A DNA stretch of 64,000 nt from the NCBI GenBank assembly GCA_030264375.1, contig JASCQW010000098.1, positions 53,919,238-53,983,237 on the forward strand. The letters are read 5' to 3'. The stretch is from Carcharhinus longimanus (lineage: Eukaryota). Made by a program: the position numbers and the translations under genes. The stretch's first letter is position 1, and each line of letters starts with the position of its first letter. Shown here piece by piece: positions 1 to 11,059 of this stretch. A model generated the notes under the pieces. It was not told the DNA's origin and ran no database searches. It saw nothing but the letters and a program-made list of their open reading frames with translations.

Positions 1-54
1 TATTGATTTTTTAAAAAATGTATATTTTGTGGTTATATATTGTGGTTTATGGGG

Positions 55-520
55 AAGAGCCACACCAAACCCCCTGACTGACAGCTCAATAAACCAATCC
101 GGAAGCACAGCTCCTCACTAAATAGCTCCCGCCCATACCCAATCCCCTGATTGACAGCTCAATAAGCCAATCCTAAGACGATAAGTCACTCCCCGCTCCG
201 CCAATCCAGTACACGGGACCTCACTTAGTGCTGACTGACAGCTGGGTTCACCAATCACAGCACGGCACGTCCACAATCTCCGCCAATCCGAACACGGCTC
301 CTCAGCCCCACTCCGTTAGTGGGATGAACATCTGCGGATGAACATCGGGATTCAGTAGTAGTCATTTTTCAGAAGTGGCGCCTTTTCAAAAATAAATTTT
401 TTTGAGGAAAGAAAATAAATTACCGAGAAAAGAACGGTTGTTTTGAGTGCGATGTGATGATGCCAGACTGTGATGATGTCAGTGTGGGGCGGAGCTTGGA
501 CAGGGTGGGCGGGGATTGAT
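55..520. promoter_or_regulatory. Promoter-like array of PBX/PREP(MEIS) decamers, CCAAT boxes and GC boxes
   Basis: TGACTGACAG 75-84, TGATTGACAG 148-157 and TGACTGACAG 232-241, each followed after 9 nt by CCAAT (94, 167, 251). Extra CCAAT at 139, 201 and 283. GC boxes at ~128, ~486 and ~507. CpG locally retained. Confidence 0.6.
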
Positions 521-559
521 GGAATAGTAATGAGGAGGAAACATGCTAAGGGGAGGATG

Positions 560-1100
560 AGGCATCTATGGCTGTCAAGGGAATTCAAGACAACATAAAA
601 GCAAAAGAAAAAGCATACAAAGTGGCAAGGATTGGGAAGCCTTTAAAAGTGAGCAGAGGACAACTAAAAAAGCAATAAGAGGAGAGAAGATGAAATATGA
701 GTGCAAGCTAGCTAGTAATCTAAAAGAAAATAGGAAGAGGTTTTTTTTCAATATATAAAAGGTAAGAGAGAAGCAAAAATAGCCATTGGACCACTGGAAA
801 ATGAGGCTGGAGAAGTAATAATAGGGAAACAAAGCAATGGCAGAGGAACTGAATAGTTACTTTGCATCAATCTTCATGGTGGAAGACACCAGTGGGATGC
901 CAAAGCTCCAGGAGAATCAGGGGGCACAGTTAAGTGTAGTGGCCATCACTAAGGAGAAGGTTCTGGGAAACTGAAAGGTCTGAAGGTGGATAAATCACCT
1001 GGGCCAGATGGACTACACCCCAAAGTTCTAAAAGAGATAGCTGAGGAAATTGTGGAGGCATTGGTGTTGATCTTTCAGCAATCACTGGAGGCAGGGAGAG
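560..1100 (+). mobile_element. CR1 LINE ORF2 fragment (tether to RT start)
   Basis: Translates with frameshifts to KAKEKAYK...YECKLASNLKENRKRFF...IGPLENEAGE...AEELNSYFASIF...KSPGPDGLHPKVLKE, typical of CR1 ORF2. Confidence 0.9.
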
Positions 1101-1101
1101 T

Positions 1102-1470
1102 GATGTGGAGATGCTGTCGTTGGACTGGGGTAAACATAATAAGAAGTCTTACAACTCCAGGTTAAAGTCCAACAGGTTTATTTTGTAACAAATGCCACTA
1201 GCTTTTGGAACATTTGCTGCTCCTTCGTCAGGTGAGTGGGAGATCTTTTCACAAACAGGGTATATAAAGGCACAAACTCAATTTACAGAATAATGATTGA
1301 AATGCGAGTCTTTACAGCTGATCAAGTCTTAAAGATACAGACAACGTGAGCGGAGAGAGCATTAAGCACAAGTTAAAGAAGTGTGTATTGTCTCCAGACA
1401 GGACAGTTAGTGAGATTTTGCAAGTCATGGGGGTTACAGATAGTCTGAACCCAAGATCTTGGTTGAGGCC
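1102..1470 (-). mobile_element. Penelope-like element terminal fragment with degenerate hammerhead core
   Basis: Reverse strand at ~1200-1232 reads CTGACGAAGGAGCAGC...TTCCAAAAGCTAG (CUGANGA...decayed GAAA). The surrounding sequence resembles shark PLE termini. Confidence 0.65.
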
Positions 1471-1710
1471 ATATGGTCAGGAGGTACTGTGGGTAGGATG
1501 GTTGGTGAGTCGGGTGGTAGGGTAGCAGGTGGATGAGTTGTTGGGGTGGCAAGAAGACAGGGTGGCAGGGTAGCAGTTAGGTGAGTGGGTAGGTAGGTCG
1601 GGGTGGTAGATAGATCAGGTTGGGTGCTGTTAGGTTGGAGAACAGTCAGGTAGGTCATGGAGGGGTCAAGGGGAGTCAAGTGTTGGGGCCTGGTCAGATT
1701 GGGTCAAGAA
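1470..1710. repeat. G/T-rich low-complexity tract
   Basis: Degenerate GGT/GGGT/AGGT repeats; similar tracts at ~63150-63430 and ~63720-63870. Confidence 0.6.
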
Positions 1711-2269
1711 ACTTTGAGTCAATGAAAGTCACACTGCTACTTGAAATATGATAATTGACATGCCTGATAGAGGTTGTTGGTAGGTGAGTGATGCTGGTGT
1801 GACGCATTGAGTAGTTACGGATGTTGAATCAAATAATTTTTGACAGTGTAAAGCTGTGAAGTATGCTCGGTTATGTTAATAGTAAAAGAGGAAAGTTCTA
1901 CTCATCGTTTAAATTAGCTACAAAATTAGTGTTTATTTAAGAGTGCTTTTGGTCTGTTTGTTACAGTGAAGGTTTTAAAATATGAAATCTGATCATGTCA
2001 TCATTTCAGCTATCAACTGGAAGTTCAAGTTTCTTGTTTTAAAGATCATGGTCTCTCTGGAAAATGTACAAATTGGAAGTTCTTGGGGGATTTTGCATCT
2101 CTGGAGTGAGATAGATACAATTGGGATTTGGTACAATTTAAATTAACAATATTTTTCAGTTACTTAAAATGGCTATGGGCAGGATTTTCTGCTTCTCTGT
2201 GCTATGTTTCGCTGTGGCTGAGGCAGCCCGTCTTTGGGAGGTGCCAGGATTTTCCTCACCTCACCTCTG

Positions 2270-3385
2270 GAGTTCAACGCTTTTGTCCATGTTTGAACTA
2301 AGGCTGTAATGAGGTCAGGGGCTGAATGACTCTGGCAAAACCCAAACTAAGCATCAGGGAGCAGCTTATTGCTAAGCATGTGTCACTTGATAGCACTGTC
2401 GATGGTCCATTCTATCACTTTATTGATGATCGAGAGTAAACTGATGGGATAGTATAATGCCTGATTGGATTGTCCAGCATTTTGTGTACAGGACATACCT
2501 GGGCAATTTTCCATTTGCTGTGCAGATGTCAGTGTTGTATCTGTACTGGAACAGCTTGGCTAGGTATGTAGCAATTACTGTAGCACAATTCTTAAGCACG
2601 ATTGTCAGAATATTGTCAAGGTCCATAGCATTTACAGTATCCACAGCATTCAGTCATTTCTTAATATCACTTGGACTGAATCGATTTGGCTGCATATAGG
2701 CATCTTGATACTGGAGTCTTCCAGAGCTGGATCAACAGCTTAGTGATTCCAGATGGAGGTTGTTGTGAATGCTTCAGCCTTGCCTTTTGCACTGATGTGC
2801 TGAGTTCCCCCATAATTGAGGATAGGGATGTTTGTGGAGGCCCCTCCTCCAGTGAGTTGTTTAATTGTCCACAACCATTCATGACTGGATGTGGCAGGAT
2901 TGCTTTAACTTTATTAGTTGTGGAATTGCTTATCTCTGTCCATCACTAGCTGCTTATGCTGTTTAGCACAAAAGTAGTCCTATGTTGTAGCTTCACCAGA
3001 TTGACACCTCATTTTTAGGTATGCCTGATGCTACTCCTGGCATGCTCTCCTGCACTCTCTATTGAACCAGGGTTGATCGTCTGGCTTTGTGGTTATGGTA
3101 GAATGGGGAATATATGGTAAATGAGGTTACAGATTATGGTTGAGTGCCATCCTGCTGCTGCTGATGGTCCACTGTGTCTCATGAATACCCAGTCTTAAGT
3201 TGCTAGATCTGTTCACTTCAAAGTCTATCCCATTTAGTATGGTGGTAGTGCCAGACAACACAATGAAGGATATCCTTAGTGTGAAGATGGAACTTTGTTT
3301 CCACAAGGTCTGTGCGGTGGTCATTCCTACCAATGCTGACATTGACAGATACACCTACAGCAGGCAGATTGGTGAGGACAAAGTC
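2270..3385 (-). mobile_element. L2/CR1-clade LINE ORF2 fragment (endonuclease end to RT)
   Basis: Minus-strand decayed ORF2 (DNILTIVLKNCA..IATYLAKLFQ; ORFs 2420-2644 and 3127-3354). The start of this fragment overlaps the sequence seen at ~55500-55610. Confidence 0.8.
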
Positions 3386-3724
3386 AAGCAGGCAGGCCCC
3401 AGTGCCTGGACAGAGACATTTACAGTTGTTGCATTTGGGTTGCTGGGGCCATTGCTGCCAGCAGCTCCTCCTTGGGTCTTGGAGACTGCAGCTCTAATGG
3501 GAGGCTTCAGGGAAGCCACCTCCATGCAGCTGGCAATCTTCCCACATGACCAGGGGCAACTCTGTCAACAACAAAATGTCAGTGGTGTGGGAAGATATTC
3601 CACCATTGGACCTTTAACTGGTCATTTATCTCTGATGGGTTCCTATTCTGCTGCTGGTACAGTACCATGTTGGGATGGTGGTGGTGATGGGCAAAATCTT
3701 ATCTCATGTTTTTCACTGGGTCAC

Positions 3725-4655
3725 CATCCATGGGCCTAAACACACTTTTCAGATGAAGCGGTGCTTCACATGCACTTCCTTTAATCTGGTGTATTGCATT
3801 CACTGCTCCCAATGCGATCTACTCTACATTGGAGAGACTAAACGCAGACTGGTGATTGCTTTGCAAAATACCTTTGCTCCGTCCATAGGCATGACCCAGA
3901 GCTTCCAGTTGTTTGCCATTTCAACATACCACCCTGTTCTTATGTCCACATGTCTATCCTTGGCCTGTTACAGTGCTCCAGTGAAGCCCAACGCAAACTG
4001 GAGGAACAGCACCTCATCTTCCGATTAGGCACTTTACAGCCTTAACCCTGAGTTCAGCAACTTCAGTCTGTGAACTCTCTCCTCCATCTTAACCCATTCT
4101 TTTTCAATTTATTTTCCTTTGTTCCGCTGATTCATTTTTACATTCCTATTTTTTACCCTGCTTTCCATCTTTTTTTCTGTTACCACCATCTCCCCTCCCC
4201 TCACTCCATTAGAGCCATTTGTTGACCTGTTCCAGGTTGTCCTTTGCACACTATTTATCTTTGTTCAGCCATTTACATATTCTGATCTCTTCATGTGCTA
4301 CTTTCAGCACCCTTCTTAGCCATGATCACCACCATTTACATTCCCTATGTCTTTTTGGCCATGACACCTTTGTATCCCTGGCTTCTCCTATCACTGGCCC
4401 TATAAGCAAACCCATCCAATGCCACCACCACCACCCACTGACCTGCACCCAGCCCTCCCCAGCCCCAATTTACATACACACGCACAGCAGTATAAATTTC
4501 ATCCTATTTCCCATTCTCTTTAGCTCTGATGAAGGATCATCCAGACTTGAAATTCCAGCTCAGTTCTCTCTAAATAGATGCTGTCAGACCCACTGAGATT
4601 TTTCAGCATTTTCTGTTTTGGTTTCAGATTCCAGCATCCATGGTAATTTGCTATT
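3725..4655 (+). mobile_element. Penelope-like element 3' part: GIY-YIG endonuclease plus hammerhead-bearing terminus
   Basis: HGPKHTFQMKRCFTCTSFNLVYCIHCSQCDLLYIGETKRRL (VY...YIG with CxxC). CTGATGA at 4526-4532 and GAAA at 4549-4552. Confidence 0.85.
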
Positions 4656-6654
4656 ATAGCATGTATTTGTGCCTATTTTTTTATTAAAGATCTGTAATTC
4701 AAGCTGAAAGCTATGTGAATATTTGATTACATTGATCAGGGAAAGAATTAGACCCACATATTGCCTCATGTTGTCATTTATTTAATGTCACAAAATATAT
4801 GTGGCCTTTCTACCTCCATCAGAATGACAAGGACACATCTGGGAAAGCATTTTGCAGAGGCCCAGTCTCCTGTTTCACCCTCCAGCAAGGAGAAACACAA
4901 CTTCCCCAAATCAACCACATTTCTTTTAGTCCATTGATTTTGCTGAAAGCTGTTGTGCAGTTTCTCTACCAGTACTGCCCATTACAGGATCCAATGAGTT
5001 GTTGCAATAGCCTTGGAAGATATCAATTCACAACATAAACCTGCCCTAAAAGCTGTTGCAAACTCTTAAACTCCTCCCACAGTCTCAAAAGAAATTTGCT
5101 GGGAAATGTCCAGTGTTAAGAATTACTTTATCATCATTGTTATTTAATCTGATATTGGGGAAACAGAGCTCTAATCCTTCCGCTCTTTATATTTTCATCT
5201 TTATTCTCAGTCCTTCTCCTTACAGCCAGAGACACAGCTTTATATAGCATCACAAATTCAGTTGTGGCATTTCAGATAATCTGAAGGTGATTGATGTTTG
5301 TGAGCCTAACCTTTAACATTGCATACAGTTGCTTATATTTAAGTGGTGCCCTTGTAGCTGACAAGCCCAGTATGTGGAACGAAGGTCTTGTCATGGTGTG
5401 ATCCCTCACCTTCAACCAACCGCAATGATTGATTCTGCACTGAACTGCTTTTGATAAGCAAGAACATGAAACTACTATTATTCTGTGCAGTCAAAAACCA
5501 CTCTTTATGTTACCAAAAGAAGATTTTTAAAATTTAATGTGTGGCTTTCAAAGAATGTAAATGAGAGAGAAAAAAATTATTCATACACTTCTCCAGGATT
5601 TTGTTTTGCCTTATTCGTAACAACTAATAGCTTAGCACAAAAAAAGATATTGCCAAGGGGCGTTGTAAATTTAGTATGATTTATTGAATGATTTTCCTTC
5701 ATCCCTAAGCAACGGCTAAAGGGCAGCTAGCTGTCTGCATTTGGTATTTCTTCTTTGTGATGAATTGCACTGCCAGCGCAGCCATTATTCCACTGTGAAG
5801 CAAATCTATTGTGTACCAATGTTAGACATGCCTTGTCAGAATAGCTCAACAGATAACATACACAAACATTGTTCAGCCATTTCCATCACGTCGACAGAAA
5901 AGGGAAAAAAAAGTAAGATTATAGAATTCCGTGATCAGGACATCAACATTAAAATTAAAATGCAAGCCAGCACATTGGAAAAGATATTGTCATTGCCGAA
6001 TGCACAGCATTAACAGCACAAATAGCTCAGCAACTCAATTTTTCATCCTTAAAAGTCAAAGTATTTATTTCTGTGATTCACATCTTAAACGTACTTATTG
6101 ATAGGTGGATGTATTATCCAATTGGGTAGTTCAGACAAAAAAGGATTTACAGAGGAAGGGTTCATAATTACAGGCATCTCAGACTGCAAGTTGTACTGCC
6201 GAAAGTGGCCTGATTTGCTAATTTAGATGAACATATTTATATAATTTGGGTGTCAGGTGGTGCACCCGGAGCTTGTCCCACATCGATCTGAGTTCACATC
6301 ACTGACAGCAACTGGCGAAAAGATTCATTATCAAACTGGGTAATCCAGTTTAAAATTTCATACGGCATCTTTGTGACAGAAGCAGAGAACAAAGCTGCCT
6401 GCCATACTTAAGTAGCATTAAAAATGAGCTGCTTGGGTAACAGGGATCTCTGCGTGCTTCAAAACATGTGCATGGCTCTTTTGTTGCTCATCCTGTTATT
6501 ACCTGGAGAAATGTGTAGCTAATAATATAACTCCAGTCTGCTGACAGCACATTAGCCTTCACAGATATTAGGCTGAACCAAATAGCTGCAACATAATTGC
6601 AACCTTAGATGATTTGTCAAAGACAAAGAATAAGTAACCCACTAGGATGCATCA

Positions 6655-6973
6655 AATGTATGTCAGCTGTGGTTCAGTGCTAGTTCCCTCATCTCTGAGA
6701 AAGAAGGTTATTGTTTCAAAATCCCATTTCAGAGACTTGAGTACATAATATTCTGATGAAGGGTACCAAGACCTGAAACATGAACTCTGCTTCTCTCCAT
6801 AGATGCTGCCAGACCTGTCGAGTATTACCAGCACATTCTGTTTTGATTTCAGATTTCTAGCAGCTGCAGCATTTTACGTTTGCACCTTATCTAGGTTGGT
6901 GCCTCAGTAGAATTTACTGAGGGAGTGCTACACTCCTGGAGGTGCCATCTTTCAAATGAGATGTTAAACTGAG
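6655..6973 (+). mobile_element. DeuSINE (SacSINE1/AmnSINE1-like) 5' part, interrupted
   Basis: GGAGGTGCCATCTTTCAAATGAGATGTTAAACTGAG matches the start of the recalled Deu domain. tRNA-like head at ~6660-6730. A PLE fragment is inserted at 6751-6885. Confidence 0.7.
6751..6885 (+). mobile_element. Short Penelope-terminus fragment with hammerhead core
   Basis: CTGATGA 6753-6759, AGG...CCT stem, GAAAC 6775-6779. The tail matches 4560-4655. Confidence 0.7.
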
Positions 6974-7437
6974 TGTAGTGGGGAATTCTATTTCAGTGGC
7001 CGGATTACGTTAGAAAGTTCTAGAAAGCAACTTTGCTAAGTAAACTCTTGCAAAGGTAAATGAAACTCAATCTTTAAAGTGTTAAAAAAAACTTTTTAAA
7101 CTAGTTTTATTAAAAAATAGAAAGTACAAAATGAAAACATACAATAGATAGACAAACAAAATCTTCAGCTGAAGCGGGGGATCTAAGAGAGGCTCAATGA
7201 CACAACAGAAACACTGAGCTTTCTCCGCAGATCTCCCCTTTGGCCAAAGTCTTTGTTTGTCTATTTATTGTATGATTTTGTTTTATATTTTCTATGTTTT
7301 AATAAAACTAGTTAAAAAAATTTTTTTTACACTTTAAAGATTGAGTTTCATTTACCTTTGCAAGAGTTTACTTAGCAAAGTTGCTTTTTAGAACTTTCTA
7401 AAGTAATCTGACCACCGAAATAGAATTCCCCACTACA
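6974..7437. mobile_element. Foldback MITE, almost entirely palindromic, TGT...ACA termini
   Basis: TGTAGTGGGGAATTCTATTTC at the left end is the reverse complement of GAAATAGAATTCCCCACTACA at the right end. Arms pair inward to a short loop at ~7200-7212. Flanks are CTGAG/CTGAA. Confidence 0.9.
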
Positions 7438-8443
7438 CTGAAGTAAAAGTTGAAAACATCTGACAGAATCTGCGGAGAGAGAAATGGAGTTCACGTATCC
7501 ATCGGGACCTTTCATCAGATGAATAAATGTGCAAAGAATGCATGTCGAACAATTACATAGTGCTAATATATGCTGTCAAAATACTTCATTTATTTTCACC
7601 CTTTGGTTCCAAATATCCTGTGCATAAATTGCATGGCAAACGTAAATTAGAAGGCGAAATTGAACAAAGAGACATCATGAATGCTGAAAATCTGAAATCG
7701 AAGTAAGAAATGCAGAAGTTAGTCAGAACCTGAAAGAGAATGAGAGATTAACATCCAGCCTTTGTCCAATTATCTGCAGCCCAATTATACTGAAATCAGC
7801 AACTGACTGAGAAACAAAACTATTAGTAAAACCATAAGTGAAGTTTTTAAAAAACCTAATTTGGGTGAACCATTTTATTGAATAAAATTTTTTAAATTAA
7901 TGAATATGGATGCAAATACTGTTGTCAGTGACCAATGAACTGACTCCAGCCGTTCATTAAACTTCCTCACAAACTTTCAAGGAAATCTTGCACTGTAACA
8001 AGTGTGAGTTTTTATAAGATGAATATGTTTTAGGAATGTCTTTCCAATTTAGTGTAAAATGGGGCAATGAAGAGTGACATGCGATCAATTTTGACAACAA
8101 GCCTGGGTGGCTTGGTTTCCATGGGAACGGGGGACCCAAGTCAAGCATTACTAAGAGCAAGGTGCAACGTGTTTGCACCTGAAACAAAGGTGAGAACAGC
8201 TGAAGCTGACTAGGGACAAATATTTTGAGAGAGAGAGGCTGGTCTCACAGAAAGACAGAAGGTTGCAGCTAAGGCCGCTAATAGAGAGGAGAGGGCTGTC
8301 TTTCTGTGGACTACAAGGCAGAATGCGAAAGGGAAGACATTCTCTGGTTAAAAAGTGCATCCTCAAATTCCAACCATTTAAAGAAATTAAATATTTAAAT
8401 AGTAAAATATTTTAGCTAGGCCACAAAGATAGTAAGAAACAAT

Positions 8444-9830
8444 GGGCAGAATTCTCCCATTTCTAAGTGTCATAATGGCAAAAATAATGGAGAAATCCTC
8501 CCACGTACAGTCACTTCTTTGGAGAGTTGGGAATTTTGCCCCAGGTCTGGGAGGAGTGGGGCCTAAACATGCTGGTGAGCCTGGCTTCTGAGCACTTGGA
8601 AACTGTTTTACAAGGCCTCCCCAATCTCGGTGTGCACTGGAAGGCTCTCTTCCCCATTGGACATTGGGACCCTATTCCCCCAACCCCTCCTTGACATGGG
8701 TTGCCAGCATCAGGGCATTGGGACCATCCCGATGGATCCTCTCATCTGACTGCCGACATGTCCCTCATCATGCCCCAATGTGCCCCCCGTCATTACTGCC
8801 TTCATGATCTGCCCCTGTATGACTCCTCTCCATCAAACTCCTGCCGCATAGCCCCCATTATAGCCTCCATGCATTGTGCCCTCATCACAACCCCCATTCA
8901 GGCCCCGTCCTCTTGGCATATCCTTGGCCCACTGGCACTGCTGGAGTGCCTTGTGCCCACTGTCAGGGTGCCTGGTCACCATTGACAAGGTGACTGTGGG
9001 CATTGCTAGTGTGCCAGTTGTTGCAGGCTTTGATGTCAGCCTTTTAATTAATAAAAACTTTACCCTTCAAGTAACCAAACAAGTAAGAGAGATCTCTTAG
9101 ACAACTGTTTTAATACAAGCTATAGCAAGGACTCTAGGAAGCATTCACATCCCTGTAGCCAGCCAGAGTGGTGTATTACAAGATACAAAGGCACTTAAAG
9201 TTTACAGAATTGATTACAAGTAATCAACATAAACCAATCACAATTATTTTACGCTTGCTTAATTATAATATCCAATTAGTGTGAAAACCTCATGGTACAG
9301 CTTGTTTCTGTAACTGTGGATCACTTCCATTTTCCAGTTACAGATGTCTAATTATGTGCTTTGCTGGTCTAATGGCCTTGGTGTCTGTCTGTGAAGACTC
9401 TTATAAGAAGATATTTGTTTTTCAGCCTATGTGATTTTTAAACTTATGTGACTATTAACCCCTTCACCAGGTGGATCCCATCAAGTGGGCACTGCCCAAT
9501 AAGTACTGCCCAGCCAGGGGGCTTCAATGGCCTCTGAGTGCCCCAGCGAAACCATTGCACCAAGTCTCTGCTAGTGGAGACCAGTAATGATTCATGCTGT
9601 TATTGTGCTGGTTAATTCTGTGCGCTGGGATTTGACTGGGCTAAGCATTTTTAAATGCTATTTTAAATATGCTAATGAGACTTGTGCCCTTTCTGGCCAT
9701 AAACTGGTTCATATACCAGTAGAAAGAATGGGATACTCACAAAATGTTTGGTGCCGGGTGCAAAGTGGATTTTTAGCTATTCTCCAGGCGCAATCTACTG
9801 ACGGCACGGCGAGGTTGGAAAATCTCCCTC
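8444..9830. mobile_element. Non-autonomous TIR element (GGGC-type ends, Harbinger-like), interrupted by a solo LTR
   Basis: Starts GGGCAGAATTCTCCC and ends ...GAAAATCTCCCTC. The same end motif recurs across the window. Confidence 0.55.
9019..9466 (-). mobile_element. Solo LTR
   Basis: Minus strand reads TGAAGGGGTTAAT...ATTAAA...CTGCAACA. 5-bp flanks are CCAGT/CCAGG. AT-rich insert in a GC-rich host element. Confidence 0.65.
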
Positions 9831-11059
9831 ATTATTAATGATATATGTAAAAATTTGGTTAGAATTGGTGTTGAACCTAAACTTGTTTTATACATTAAGC
9901 TTTTATTTGAAAATAAATTCACTGCTACGTTACTGCTCTGACATAAAGCAATGGTTGACATTATTAATCAGCTTACTCAACCTGATATAAATTGATCAAA
10001 TTCAGCTATGAAAGAAACTGTGGTTGTCGCTTCTATTATTTTAATATAGCACTGGAATCATAACCTATGGTAATGAAGTATTTCAAAGTAAATAAACTTA
10101 CTCAATAGAAATAAAATGACCTTAATCTAAGAATCTGCAATGAAAGAATAAAAAATATTGGGCCAGGTTTTGCTATAGCAACAATGTTGAGTTATCAGTA
10201 TGCACTGTTACTAAGATTAAATCAGATACCAAAATCTGAGGCAATCTGGGAGCCCAAAGTTTCATCATGGTTCGGTTGGGGGTGGGGTAAAAAATCACCC
10301 GAGTGGATATTTAGGTTGGGAATCCTCTAGAAACTGAAGGAAGTACCTTTTGATGGGCACTGGGCACTATGACTTGGCAAAATGAGTAGAAGTGCACCCA
10401 TCAGAGGCTGAGAGTGATGGTAGACTTGCTCCCATAAAACTCCAATTCTGTGGAGAATGTACAGTGCAACATAGCTGTGGCATGAGATTTTCAGTTATGC
10501 TACAAGTTAAAGGGGCAAAATCTCTTCTGTGGAGCCAGAACTATGGATCCTGTAGTTTGGTGTTTAGTTGATATTGCTTTGCTTGTCGCAGTAAGATGCT
10601 TAAAAGTTTAAATCTTGTCATGTAATTCCTTTAAATTTATCACTGGGAATTCAGTATCTTTTCAAAAGTTATTGGTGTCTATGGGGATTGTAACAGTCTG
10701 AACCAACTGTCAATTAGAATATTTAAAATGTAATGTCAAATCAGATACAGAAAGCAAAATAAAGAACAGGAAATTATGATTAAGAAAGATACATGACAAA
10801 AGGATTTGTTAAAATTGTTTAAATCACTAACAACAATTAAAACATGATGGAGTCATCATGTTGACAAGAGTCCACAGTTGAAAAAGTTCATTTTCAGGGT
10901 CAGGAAGGTGTTAGCAGTAATTAAGACTTACTACACTGTTTAAAAACATATTTGTTGCTGCCCAAACTTTTTCAAGTGAGGTTACTGTACATCTCTCAGA
11001 TCAGTACAGAAACTTTACACTGTCACATGTATTTGATAACTTGCACAATAGAGAGGGAT

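Noticed and set aside
3200-3739. 179-aa plus-strand ORF
   Set aside because: Runs across an antisense LINE fragment and other repeat debris, with no coherent domain.
9970-10140. Two minus-strand microexon-like segments
   Set aside because: The 33-nt one has stops in all three frames, the other has an ambiguous donor, and neither links to a gene model.
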